Source: Antedon mediterranea
Taxonomy: Eukaryota; Animalia; Echinodermata
Length of the DNA: 64,000 bases
Reading direction: 5' to 3'
NCBI RefSeq assembly: GCF_964355755.1
Contig: NC_092680.1
Span: forward strand, 620,001-684,000
A program made the position numbers and the translations under genes. A model generated the notes under the pieces. That model was given only the letters and a program-made list of their open reading frames with translations. It did no database searches and was not told the origin of the DNA. The first letter of the stretch is position 1. Each line of letters opens with the position of its first letter. Shown here piece after piece: positions 16,103 through 28,936 of this stretch.

Positions 16103-16741
16103 GGAATGCACGGAAATCAGTTTTCGAGGAATTTTTTTTTTTTTTTTTTTGAAGCATATTATTTGTGTTTTTATAAGTGTTATAAATGTACTTTAATTGT
16201 ATTTTAAATGTACTTTCAATTTATTTTAATATTATAATATATCTTACCTAGGAAGATAAATTTTTTGTTTAGTACATTTTTTTTGACAGATAAAGTTAAT
16301 CTAAAGTCTACATCCAAACATGGTAAATGTTTAGGTACCATGAAAGAACTATTTGTATTCCCCTATGGTATAACCAGCCTGGTATGTTGTTCACAATGGA
16401 ATCATTTTAATTTATTACACATTATTTTCTTTGTAGATAGTGACCAAAATGATGAATACAAATGTGAATGTATGAATCAAAAACTGGACGGTTTCATGTT
16501 ACTTGAATGAGTTACAATGTTTAGTTCATCGTGAATATTTGCATGCGTAATAACAACATGAAATTTCAAAGTCAAATATCATTTAGAAATTTATGTGTGA
16601 ATCATTACTAAATTACAACACTATAAAAAATAAATCTAATATGATTAAGTATACAATATATGAGATTGTATAGATTGATCTAATATGTGTGTGCTTTAAT
16701 CATGCATTTATTTAGTATACACTACCTTCATACTAATCTAA

Positions 16742-16891
16742 AGCTCTGTCTACACTATCAAACTTTAAATGTGATGTGCCCATTTATGGACCCAATGATG
16801 TCATAACACTACCATATTTAAGCATATCATTACCATATTTGGGCACATCACACTTTTTTTGTCAAACTAGTTTGATATTGTAGACACAGCT
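16742..16891. mobile_element. ~150-bp MITE family A, full copy (TIR AGCTCTGTCTACACTATCAAACT)
   Basis: TIRs at both ends, internal ACTACCATATTTGGGCA subrepeats and TWA-like flanks. About 11 copies in the window. Confidence 0.85.
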
Positions 16892-19800
16892 TACTGTATA
16901 TATTTTGTGCTTAATAAATGTGGAATTATATGAAAACAAATTCAAATAATAATTTATGACTATTTGTCAATTTTGTTAGATGCATGAAAGCCTTTTTACC
17001 AAAAACGTTGTACTTAATAATAATATAAAATTATATATATATTGATTACATGGAAAAAACCAATTTTAATTTCTTTATGCAAATGATTAATATAAACTTT
17101 GTTTTTATATTAGTGTTAACAAAGAAATACTGAAGTGTTTTCCGAAAGCTAGTCTTTTCTTACTCGATACCTTGATAACAGCATTTTCATTTTTTTTTAG
17201 TAATTGTAATTTAGATTTATATTTGAATATCCCTAGATTTGTTTCTTTTTACAGTGATTAAATATGCTTTTGACAATCCTTATCATTTTGTTTAATTTGT
17301 ATTTCTTTGTATTTTTTTTTCCAAGCCGAAATTTAATAAATCAAATTGTTTCTTAATTGCAGAACTTTCTACAAGCAAACAAGGTGTCAAATTAGTACGA
17401 AACAAAACAAAACATAATTAAAGATAACATATTTTTTGTATTAATTGTACTTAGATGTTGTCAGCTGTCTGGGTTTAGGGTTGGATTTCATCAAATGTAC
17501 AGTAGCGCCAGGACTACAGGTGCCAGGTATTAACCATCTTTACATCTAAGGATTATCCCTTCCCTAATCCCTTCAACCCTTTGTGTAATGTATATGGGAT
17601 AAAGAAATACCATTTAGGACTTTAATACAATAAAGAATAATTATTTTTTCCTTTATGAAACGTACAACGAGAACGCACAACCATTATTTTAGCTTTAATT
17701 TAAAAAAACTTGATTACAAAGCATACTGTAGGTATAACATCTGTAGTTTATTTAGTTTAATCATATATTATTATTTTGATATTGTACTGTACTATGATGG
17801 AAACTATTCTTTATATACCGAGTGAGTAACTCTGTATTATTTTGATATTGTACTGTACTATGATGGAAACTATTCTTTATATACTGAGTGAGTAACTCTG
17901 GTATAAAATAAATTGAATAATATAAACAAATAAAATGATGCAATGTTAAATATAGGTATACTACAGTATATTAATGAGTCAAATATTATACTCCATTAAT
18001 AGTGAAATACAAGTATATAATAGTATACCTGTAAGTATAGTATTATATGTGGTATAGTATTAGTACCAAACATCTTTGCTTTTCAGCATATGTTTTATAT
18101 TCCTACTTTTGTAACAATGTATTTATTGTTTTAATTAAATTGAAATATGATTGGTAGTACCACATGACGGCTGTATAACGTAATCAATGCAATTTTGTTG
18201 ACAAAATAACGAATGAGACAAAGCCCATCATAGTGCCTGAAGGCAAAAGCGAGTAGTCTAATATAGAGGGCTCACTTCTATTTTAGTATGGTTAAAAATG
18301 TTATGTTGATAAAGTTTGCGGTACACCGCTTATGTATTTCATAACAACTTTATAAATATAATACATTTCTCTCTTTATTAGTAACCATATGCAATTACTC
18401 AAATAAATTTTAAAAACATATTTTTTGAGTGATTATCTCTTTTTTTTAAGTCAGTACTAACAAGACACGATTTGTTATTTTCTAGGTAAATTAATTATTT
18501 ATAAATTTTTCTCTTTATACGTGCAAATTGAGCTAAGAATGAGGGCAGCAAACATAAGTAAAACACGATCATTAATGTATTCAGCCTCATTTGTAATGAT
18601 TAAACAGGAAGCACACTCCAAATATAGTATTATGGGGTTTTTTTTCAATTCCATTCAAGATTATCTCATAACATAAACACATTGGCACTGTTTATAATCA
18701 TTGAATGTTTTGGTTTTCCTGTTTGCGGACATCTGCTTCCTATTAATGATTGCAATGGGAAACAATCCTACCATTAATTGCTAATACTTTTATAAAACAA
18801 TTATTATTCAATATAAAGTTCAAAGTCAATTCCTCAAAAGGTGAAAGATGTAACAAATTTGGGTGGGATAAATCAAAATGGCGGATGATATAAATTTGGT
18901 TGACGTTGACATCATTGTCTAAAGAGAGTGGTTAAATATTATTATCATTGCAAAAATAATTTAAACAATTTTTTATTGGAGGCCAGGTCAGAAACGGTGT
19001 GCTTGTTGTATGCTTCTTATGAAACAAAAAATGAATGTTTAATACATAAATTGTTAATTTTAAAATGTTTTCAGGTGAATGTTCATCCGATCATGTGTAA
19101 ATGGGGATACTTGTGACAGTATTTCTAACGTAAATGCTTTGTGACAATTATTACTAAACTCTGAGTAAATAAAACAGTTTTGTTAAAAAAGATTGGATTC
19201 CGAAAAGGTTTTTTGTTGTTTGTGAGGACTCTTTGCTATTAGGAAAGAAACCATTTTGAAAAGTATGGTACGTTTATTATACATGTTCCTAACTTCTCAA
19301 TCGAAGCGAAAAATCTTGTAAACAAGACCGAAGAAAAAACAACTAGACCAAGCGTGACCTGGATGATCCACCTGTTAAAGCATAGCATTCAGTCAACTGA
19401 GTACTAACATACTTGGACCAGCAGAGGCCAGACATTTTGATTGATGTCAAACTGGAACAACTGCTGTGAATAGGAACAGTCTTGTTTTCATTGCAGCTCC
19501 TCTCAACACTGTCTTGGCTTAATCATGGGGGTTGTGAGTACCTCCATGGTTGAAAGAATGGCAACGACGATTCACTACGATAACAATGATTTTGATGATG
19601 GATGTTAAATAAAGATTATGACGTCAATGAAATTGACATCATTTATTTATTCTCAACTGTTTAACCACATTATGTATATGGGAAAAGTATACACACTCAC
19701 ACTGTACTTAAAATGAACAGACGAAAGGATCTCTCCTTTACTATTTAAATAGTATTGTAGACAAACCACTGCCTTGGAGGGGTATTCAAAGACTTAAATA

Positions 19801-21399
19801 CTTTCTGAGTAATGTTTTTCCTCGTAGGTGAAAATGCCACTGTCGGTTTATCCAGCTAGGCAATGATCTATCAGTCTTCTATTATATTGACATATCTGGA
19901 TCTTAGATATCATTTTAGTATTCACCCCCTCTATAGCTCAGAGAATAGAAATCATAGAATAGATTTATAAAGTATTTTAGCGAGTATAAGTCTGCTTTTG
20001 TAATTGTCATAATCATTTTTTTTATGCAGAGTGATTTTTTGTCTTCCTCCTTCTACTCGGGAAAAAGAAAAAAAAATATTGAGGGTTCGTGCTGTAAGAC
20101 TGTTTAAAGTTGTTGTTTTGTTTGATTTTTTTATCTGTGTCTATTTTAATTGCTATATTATATATTTGTTCACTCTAAGCCAGAATTGGCTGGTCTTGTT
20201 GTAAACAGGAGTGTCATTAAATAAATTGTTTAAAAAAATAAAATAAAAACAAATAAAAAGACAAAACTTACCGAAACATGATCATAATCATCCGCCACCT
20301 TGTGACTATTTATATTGCTTGTTGTACGTAACATTACACTGGCTTCTACATCGATTGCAAAAGTTTAAAACATTTTTGGCAAGTGGTTCCAAAATCAGAT
20401 TAATATGAGGCTATTCAACAATGAAAACAGAATAAAACTGTTTTTATTGAAATGATGATAATCGTAGAGAACTCCTTTATGTTCTGTGATTTTGCATATG
20501 ACTCACTGTCAAATGTTGAAGATGTCTGATATTCAGTGTGTTACCTTTTGATAACCTTAAACACTGTTGTTTGCATAACATTGTACATCATTTTACAGGT
20601 GCCATTGTGATGCGATACAGGTGGCTCATCAGCTTATATAATTTTCTTTTTTTCCCCTAAATTTTTTTTGTTACTTTTCCCCTTCTCACATCTTGATTGT
20701 TTAGGCTGTTCAGCATCAATTTCTAATAAAATAAAGAAAATATTAATAATTGCCAACAGAATGTTTTATTTTGAATATTAAATTAATTTAATATCCAATA
20801 TACTTGTTCCTTTTCATTCATTTTATTTCAGTTCATTCAATTTAACGAACAGACAAAAATTTAAAAAAAGAAAATGTACAAGAATATATATTAACTGAAT
20901 GAATTGAATTCTTATTTGCATTGGGGTCTCTAAATGCAAAAAGAAAACAACACAATTACAATATAATTTCTGATACAAAACCTAAATACAAAGGTGATGG
21001 ATCACACCACAAAAAATAAACATCTTTATTATGAAAATTCTGGAATGTTCAGATGTTCTGTACTGCACATAATGGCCTCAGGGTCTGATGCTGGGTCTTG
21101 GTACATCCTAACTAACATCACAGGATTGTACATCTAAACAGGGTCACTCACAGCGTGAAAGTTGACTATACTATCAAGATGGAATTGAGCATTCTAATAA
21201 AAGTCAACTAAGGTGAGATTATCTCGTTCACAAGATTCAAGAAGTTTCCTGGTACAATACCACTGATGAGTACATTTCCGTTGAGATATACAAATAGCTT
21301 ATCATTTGGGAAGAAAGGGCATTTTAAACTCTAAACTACAATGCTTTATAGAAACTATATCTATCTTGAAACGTTTTCCGTCAATACGACATTATGGCT

Positions 21400-21545
21400 T
21401 CCAAACTTTATGTGTCAAAAAATGTTATATGCCCAAATATGGACATGATGATGTCATATCAGTACCATATTTGGGCACATCACTACCATATTTAGGCACA
21501 ACACACTTTTTTTTTGTCAAACTAGTTTGATAGTGTAGACAAAGT
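21400..21545. mobile_element. MITE family A copy
   Basis: CAAACTTTATGTGTCAAAAAATG...GGACATGATGATGTCATATC...CAAACTAGTTTGATAGTGTAGACA. Confidence 0.8.
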
Positions 21546-23108
21546 GCCAATGCTTTATCTGATCTACTGTACTCTTTACAATTTACATAAACCAAGCAAG
21601 CAAACAAAACAATAATTTAGCTGCAGGTTAAAAAAATAAAACAAGACTTAACTTTTTTTAAAGTAATCATTACTTTGTAACTAGATACTGTCCCAATCTA
21701 ATCAATTCAATTTTTCTTATTTTATGAAGATGATTTGTTAAAGTCATTTAGAAAAACAAAAGTTAAAAAACCATTATGATTATATTTTGAAATAGCTAGA
21801 AGCATTTAAAAAGGTTTTCATAATGTGCAGATTATTTTGTAAGAATTCAAACTGTTAGCCTATAGGAATATACAGGATAGATTATAAAATATATTTTTGA
21901 GCAATTATACAGTAGTTTAAAACTCATAATGCATTGACTACGTAATTACGTAGGGCATTGTGTTTTTTATTTTTTCCATGAATGTATTTGTATTCATAAA
22001 ACTTTTCTGACAAAAAATGATTTATTTTAATATTCTTAAAAACCCCAATAGAAACTGTAGTCTTTATACATAAAGGACTAAAAATAGTAAAGCGGTAACA
22101 TATTTGTAATGGGGTTAAGTCTGGTTTTAACAATGTAATAAAAATGGGTAAACTTTATTAAAGATAAAATTGGTATACTTTGGCCAGAATGGTGAAATGT
22201 CAACACAAATAATATTTGTTATATATTAAATGATGTTCTTTTATATTTCAACTATTATCTTAACTTATAATGCATATGGCTATTGCAGTGAAGCCTTTTA
22301 GATACCATTTGTGGACTGTAAATCTGTCATAGGTAATTACAGTTGTTGAAAACACAGAGGGTGCAATCAGGTAGGCCACTGACAGCTCAGCAGCCTGTAG
22401 GCCTACAAACAGGGTTCATTTCTACCTAGGCCATACTGAGATATGAATGCAGCACAGTTCAGACCACCAGAAAAATTTGCTACAATAACAAGTTTCATTA
22501 GATGTAACGTTACAATAGGTAGCATGTTTCTTTATAAATAAAATCAAAAAATTATATTTAATCATTACAGTACACAGTAGATAAATAAAAAAAAAGACCA
22601 TCATAAATAAAGGAAGGAAAACTACAATTTATGATTGTATGGTAAACAAAGCTAAATACTAACTGAAGTGATAGAATGAGGAAATAACCATAAGGGGACC
22701 ATTGTACAATCAAAATCAAATAATTTAGACATATTATATTCCTCTCGCTTTTTTATTTATCTAATTAGGCCTAAAGAAAATAATTTTGACATATCATTAA
22801 AAGTCCTCATCCCTTTTTATCCATCCAAAACAAAGAATTTAGACATATCATTAAAAATCAACCTTTTTTTATCCAGTTAAAACAAAGAATTTAGAAATAT
22901 CATTAAAAGTCCTCATCCTTTTTTATCCATCCAAAACAATTTTCATACATCATTAAATCCTTCTGAATGTCATTATCTATGTCAAAAAAATGTTGCTGTG
23001 TACTTTTATAGCAAGATTTGTGGTAAAGCTTTGTGAAGTAGCTTTTAAATGACTTAAGGGAAATGTGTAATGCATTGCATACATTTCTTTGTGAGTTCAT
23101 CAACACAA

Positions 23109-23686
23109 AGTGCATACTCTACCATAGACTGTTAGTGCATACTCTACCATAGACTGTCAGTGCATACTCTACCATAGACTGTTAGTGCATACTCTACCAT
23201 AGACTGTTAGTGCATACTCTACCATAGACTGTCAGTGCATACTCTACCATAGACTGTCAGTGCATACTCTACCATAGACTGTCAGTGCATACTCTACCAT
23301 AGACTGTCAGTGCATACTCTACCATAGACTGTTAGTGCATACTCTACCATAGACTGTTAGTGCATACTCTACCATAGACTGTCAGTGCATACTCTACCAT
23401 AGACTGTTAGTGCATACTCTACCATAGACTGTCAGTGCATACTCTACCATAGACTGTTAGTGCATACTCTACCATAGACTGTTAGTGCATACTCTACCAT
23501 AGACTGTTAGTGCATACTCTACCATAGACTGTCAGTGCATACTCTACCATAGACTGTTAGTGCATACTCTACCATAGACTGTTAGTGCATACTCTACCAT
23601 AGACTGTTAGTGCATACTCTACCATAGACTGTCAGTGCATACTGTACCATAGACTGTTAGTGCATACTCTACCATAGACTGTTAGT
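23109..23686. repeat. 25-bp minisatellite, about 23 copies
   Basis: (AGTGCATACTCTACCATAGACTGTY)n with one C/T variable site. Confidence 0.97.
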
Positions 23687-24122
23687 TCATTAATATCAGA
23701 AAGAAACTCTGTACTCTGTTGTGTGCTTATAACTAGCCTGTTTTACTAAGCATAAAGCAAAATTTTAAAAATACCCAACAAAAAAACAAGATATTTCTAG
23801 AGAAGAAAACCAGCACACACATAAGAATTAATGTAATTGGAAGGGAATTATAAAACATTGATCATTTGGGATTACACTTCACAAACAGATAATTCCTACA
23901 CAGTATAAATATCAATAAATCTGATAATAAAGTCTGAATCATTGGATAGGTTAATCCAAAGTTGGATAGGTTAATCCAAAGTTGGATAGGCTAATCCCAT
24001 GTTGGATAGCTTAATCCCAATGGGCAAATGAATACCATATTGTATAAATCAGATAGGTTAATCCCATTGGATACATTTGTACATGTAGTGCATTGTGTTA
24101 ATCCCATGTTAAGACATGGTTT

Positions 24123-25538
24123 AGCCTTTGATATAGCAATACTGCCTTTGATGTAGCAATATTGCCTTTGATATAGCAATAGTGCCTTGATATAGCAATA
24201 GTGTCTTTGATATAGCAATAGTGCCTTTGATATAGCAATAGTGCCTTTGATGTAGCAATAGTGCCTTTGATGTAGCAATATTGCCTTTGATGTAGCAATA
24301 GTGCCTTTGATATAGCAATATTGCCTTTGATATAGCAATATTGCCTTTGATGTAGCAATAGTGCCTTTGATATAGCAATATTGCCTTTGATGTAGCAATA
24401 GTGCCTTTGATGTAGCAATAGTGCCTTTGATGTAGCAATAGTGCCTTTGATGTAGCAATAGTGCCTTGATATAGCAATAGTGCCTTGATATAGCAATATT
24501 GCCTTTGATGTAGCAATAGTGCCTTTGATATAGCAATATTGCCTTTGATGTAGCAATAGTGCCTTTGATGTAGCAATAGTGCCTTTCATATAGCAATAGT
24601 GCCTTTGATGTAGCAATATTGCCTTTGATATAGCAATAGTGCCTTTGATGTAGCAATATTGCCTTTGATGTAGCAATAGTGCCTTTGATGTAGCAATATT
24701 GCCTTTGATGTAGCAATATTGCCTTTGATATAGCAATAGTGCCTTTGATATAGCAATATTGCCTTTGATATAGCAATAGTGCCTTTCATATAGCAATAGT
24801 GCCTTTGATGTAGCAATAGTGCCTTTGATGTAGCAATAGTGCCTTTGATATAGCAATAGTGCCTTTGATATAGCAATAGTGCCTTTGATATAGCAATATT
24901 GCCTTGATATAGCAATAGTGCCTTTGATGTAGCAATAGTGCCTTTGATGTAGCAATATTGCCTTTGATATAGCAATAGTGCTTTTGATATAGCAATAGTG
25001 CCTTTGATATAGCAATAGTGCCTTTGATATAGCAATAGTGCCTTGATATAGCAATAGTGCCTTGATATAGCAATATTGCCTTTGATGTAGCAATAGTGCC
25101 TTTGATGTAGCAATAGTGCCTTTGATGTAGCAATAGTGCCTTTGATGTAGCAATAGTGCCTTTGATGTAGCAATAGTGCCTTTGATATAGCAATAGTGCC
25201 TTTGATATAGCAATAGTGCCTTTGATGTAGCAATATTGCCTTTGATATAGCAATAGTGCCTTTGATATAGCAATAGTGCCTTTGATATAGCAATAGTGCC
25301 TTTGATATAGCAATAGTGCCTTTGATATAGCAATATTGCCTTGATATAGCAATAGTGCCTTTGATGTAGCAATATTGCCTTTGATATAGCAATAGTGCCT
25401 TTGATATAGCAATAGTGCCTTTGATATAGCAATAGTGCCTTTGATATAGCAATAGTGCCTTGATATAGCAATAGTGCCTTGATATAGCAATAGTGCCTTT
25501 GATGTAGCAATAGTGCCTTTGATATAGCAATAGTGCCT
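24123..25538. repeat. 20-bp minisatellite, about 70 copies
   Basis: (GCCTTTGATRTAGCAATAKT)n with 19-bp deletion variants. Source of the repetitive long ORFs at 23991-25582. Confidence 0.97.
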
Positions 25539-27164
25539 ATAGACAGTACAAATTCAAATTCTGATTTATTCAGTGTCAACATCCAATTATCTCATTTCTC
25601 TAAAATAGCAACATTTTAGCAACTGTTATTGCCGTTGGAGGTATTTCTAATTATAATATATATTTGCAGCATTTTTCATTAACTCTCAATGGCTGGTTGA
25701 TCACACTGGACCTTGAAATTAAATCTTACACCACAAACCTCTAAAGAGTATGCTGTGACAATAGACTGGCCGAGTTTGTCATATTAACAATATCGAGAAG
25801 ATAATATAATTGTTACAAAATAATACCAATCGAGAGATAATGTAATTGTAATTTTAATATTTATTGCCATCCATATAAAAAAGTAGACAGATCAACAATA
25901 ATACAAGAAAAATAAGTTACAATATATGGAATTTAAGCTCAAGAGCTTGTTTCAGAAGGGGCCCTCAACATAAAAATTAAAATATAAAGTATGATCATTA
26001 TAATTTAGATATGTATTATGAAAAAGGGATTCAACTCAATTGAATTGAATTGAATTGAATTGAATTCAATTCATTTAAATTTGAGTGGTGGAAGTTTCTT
26101 CACCAGGCAGGGTTAGGGGATCTAGCAGAGATCAAGGAAAATCTGAAAATCTGAAGATTTAGTTTAATCAATTTGATATCAACTCCTGAACACATACTAA
26201 GGGAAACATTTGGCAGATATAAGATTTCTAAATAGGAAGGGGATAGGTGGGGGATGGGAGAAAGGTGTAGGGAAAAGGGTTAGAACCAGCTGTATACATT
26301 ATAATTAAGAACTAAACTTAACCTAGGATCTTTTGTACTGGTTTCAACAAAATCTAGGTGGTAGGCTCTCCCCACACACCTCTTTGGATCCACCAACGCG
26401 ACCTAATTTCGACGCTCACCTCAAACAGCAGATTCATCCCTGCTATGAAATTGTGTTCAACTTTGTATATACATACATTTCAAATTATTAGTTGATTGAA
26501 TTCATTCAAGTTGAAGTGAATGTAGCCTCATATATTTGTTGTTTTGTGTTAATACTCAGAATAATGCATAACTCATCAATACTGTTTATATTAACACTTG
26601 ACAACACCATTATGAAATTCCCAGTGGTTTCAATAGTGCAAATTATAATCGAGGTGCATAGCCTCTTACGACGACTATAGTCACTCACAGGTTTCATCTG
26701 TTGGTTAATTACTAATCATTATTTATGTCAGCACATTTCTCTTAGGGTTTTGTTTTATTATTCGAAAAAGGCGGCTCTAAAATATCAATAAGTAGAGTCT
26801 GATTAGTGAATGAAAAACAGCTAATGTCATATATTTTTTATGAAGTTTTCCATTTTGGCATAAACTTTGTTATTAGGTGAAAGAGTAATGCACCTTAACA
26901 TTAAGGTCAGTGACCTACATATGGTACCCTATGGAATAAACCAAACATTTTATATGCCAAAGACAAATATTGAAAATCAAAGCTTCTAAACTTGCTCAAC
27001 CCTTGCTAAACTTTTCTGTACAATATGACTTCTGAAAATCAACTAGTTTGGAGTGTGTACCCTGTTAAATAATGAGCCACACTCGCACCCTGCACGTACC
27101 ACATTTTAAAATAATCCTCATGATTTCGTTTTCCATATCAATGCCTTACAATAAAATTGAGAAG

Positions 27165-27432
27165 GAATCCTCGTCGACCGAGCGCCCCCGCTCACCGGGG
27201 GGCTCGTGAATTCGATGGAATAGCCGTTCTTGATTGTGGAGAGAACCCACCTGTCCTCCGACAGGGTCTCCCACACTCGGGCGAACCGTCTTAGGCGACC
27301 CCCCACCTGCCCGTCGCTCGGGGGGACGGGCGCATCGAACGCGTCACCGGCGGCGCGCAAACGCACCCGGACGCCTACCACTCTTTTGGGTAGCGTCAGA
27401 CCGTCCGGCCCTGCCTCGTGCAGTCCGGCCAT
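27165..27432 (-). pseudogene. Truncated N-terminal fragment of DIRS pol (RT) ORF
   Basis: In-frame ATG at 27432 (MAGLHEAG...), then GGRL...W...WVL..I..GY.IEF..PP. The sequence changes abruptly to AT-rich host DNA near 27165, before any RT catalytic motif. Confidence 0.75.
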
Positions 27433-28936
27433 ATCGGTAGCTGTTGTTGCCGTATGGGGTGCGCGCGCGAGATGTAGAAGCCTGCGTGTCAGGCCGCGCC
27501 GGTGGGACATTCGACGGCTGCGGTCGCGACTGCGGCGGTACCGGAGCTGGGAGAGGGGGAGGTGGCCTGGACGGACCCGAGCGGCCGCGGCTAGCCCGAC
27601 GCTTCTGTGGGAAACGAGCGCGCGTTTCCCGACGGGCCTCCCTCTCGCGCGCCCATTTGTCCTCTTTTTGGGCGAAACTACCAAAAAACAAGTCCTTAGC
27701 CCCGAGGGACTCAGAAGCCGTGAACCTGCGATAATGCGCTGGCGCGATATCAGTACTTTGTAGTACGTTGACACGACGCGCGGCGGCAGAAGTTAAAGAT
27801 ACAAACGCCTGCTGGTCGGCAATTAGCCCCGTGATCTGTTGCAGCAGCGCAATGACCTCTGTATCGAACTCCCGCGGGTGGTCCGGATCGGCCAAAAACG
27901 ACAGCAAGTAGCCGGAGACGGATGTTACTCGAAGTGTCTCGCGGGCCGCTCTATCGATCGTGAGGAGCGTATCTTCTGTCTTCGCGGCCGTCGGAGCAAG
28001 GTAAGTAGTCTTTCCCGCTTCTAATCCTTGGTCCTCCCGAACCCGGTCCTTGGCGGCATCAGGCACGCCTGGCGCAACAATGTACCTATCAAATTGAGCT
28101 CTAGGTACCGGAAAAGCGCATGAAAGAATGTTCGGCGCCGGTCTACGCGTACTGGTCTCGCGCGCGATAGCGTCCACGCGGTCGACCAGCTCCGGGTCGA
28201 GAGGAACGACTGGGCACGTTGTAACCTTACGGAGAGGCGTACGTACCCCAAACGTCGAGAAACGCTTTGTAGATGGGGTTGGCTTCGGTTCGCGAAAAGC
28301 GTATTCGATGCCTAGATATTCCAATACCGCCGGAAGAATCTTATTAACCAGCGCCTGTAGCCCCTCCTCGCCGGGCCTCCGCAACTGCGCGGCTCTCTCC
28401 TCATCGGAGATCGTGAGCATAGTACGGTCGCTCGTGTATCCCTCCTCCATTGAGGGTCCCTCAGAATACGACAGTGGCGTCTGAGGTGGAGGCACCGGAA
28501 TATATGGAATATATGGAGGGCGTGGTTGAGGGAACACCGCGGGCTCGTCCCGTGGAGCAGCCCTCACCGCTGCCGCGATGGCTTGAATAACCGCTGGAGA
28601 TAGGTCAGTATCCGCAGCGGGAACAGGCGCGGAACCCGCCTCTGGCTCATGCGCGGGAGCTGCGAGAACAACAGGCACCTCCTCGCGTGGTACGTTCTCA
28701 GCCGGAACGTCCATTGCAGTTGCGCCTTCCTCCTGAGGTGCGATAGCAACTGCTTTCTGTTCAATAACACGTCCCGCGGGACGTGGAAGCGATGCGAATT
28801 TAGCAGGCGTCCAGCGTACGCAAACTTCGCACGGATCTGACTGGCTGCACGTGCGGCAGCTAACGCACCGCATGTGGCGGTCCCACTTAAGTGTTGCTCG
28901 TGGGCCCCTGCACTGGATGCATTCTTGTTTTGGCAT
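27344..28936 (-). CDS. DIRS gag-like ORF1, 530 aa, uninterrupted
   Basis: ATG start. CIQC...HMRCVSCRTCSQSDPCEVCVRW zinc-finger-like N-terminus, Pro/Ala-rich linker, helical core, Arg/Pro-rich C-terminus overlapping the pol frame. Confidence 0.8.
   Translation of the reverse strand: MPKQECIQCRGPRATLKWDRHMRCVSCRTCSQSDPCEVCVRWTPAKFASLPRPAGRVIEQKAVAIAPQEEGATAMDVPAENVPREEVPVVLAAPAHEPEAGSAPVPAADTDLSPAVIQAIAAAVRAAPRDEPAVFPQPRPPYIPYIPVPPPQTPLSYSEGPSMEEGYTSDRTMLTISDEERAAQLRRPGEEGLQALVNKILPAVLEYLGIEYAFREPKPTPSTKRFSTFGVRTPLRKVTTCPVVPLDPELVDRVDAIARETSTRRPAPNILSCAFPVPRAQFDRYIVAPGVPDAAKDRVREDQGLEAGKTTYLAPTAAKTEDTLLTIDRAARETLRVTSVSGYLLSFLADPDHPREFDTEVIALLQQITGLIADQQAFVSLTSAAARRVNVLQSTDIAPAHYRRFTASESLGAKDLFFGSFAQKEDKWAREREARRETRARFPQKRRASRGRSGPSRPPPPLPAPVPPQSRPQPSNVPPARPDTQASTSRARTPYGNNSYRYGRTARGRAGRSDATQKSGRRPGAFARRR

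Noticed and set aside
20200-21380. Decayed LINE (CR1/L2-like) fragments, also about 26090-26420
   Set aside because: Only faint peptide hints (for example VWESLPP) with many stops. Cannot be supported without a TBLASTN/Dfam search.
23991-25582. Long ORFs (151-494 aa) with HYCYIKGTIAISKALLL repeats
   Set aside because: Translations of the 20-bp minisatellite, open in all minus-strand frames only because the unit lacks stop codons. No splice or domain evidence.
27230-28840. Plus-strand ORFs antisense to the DIRS gag
   Set aside because: Expected shadow ORFs in GC-rich coding DNA with no recognisable motifs.
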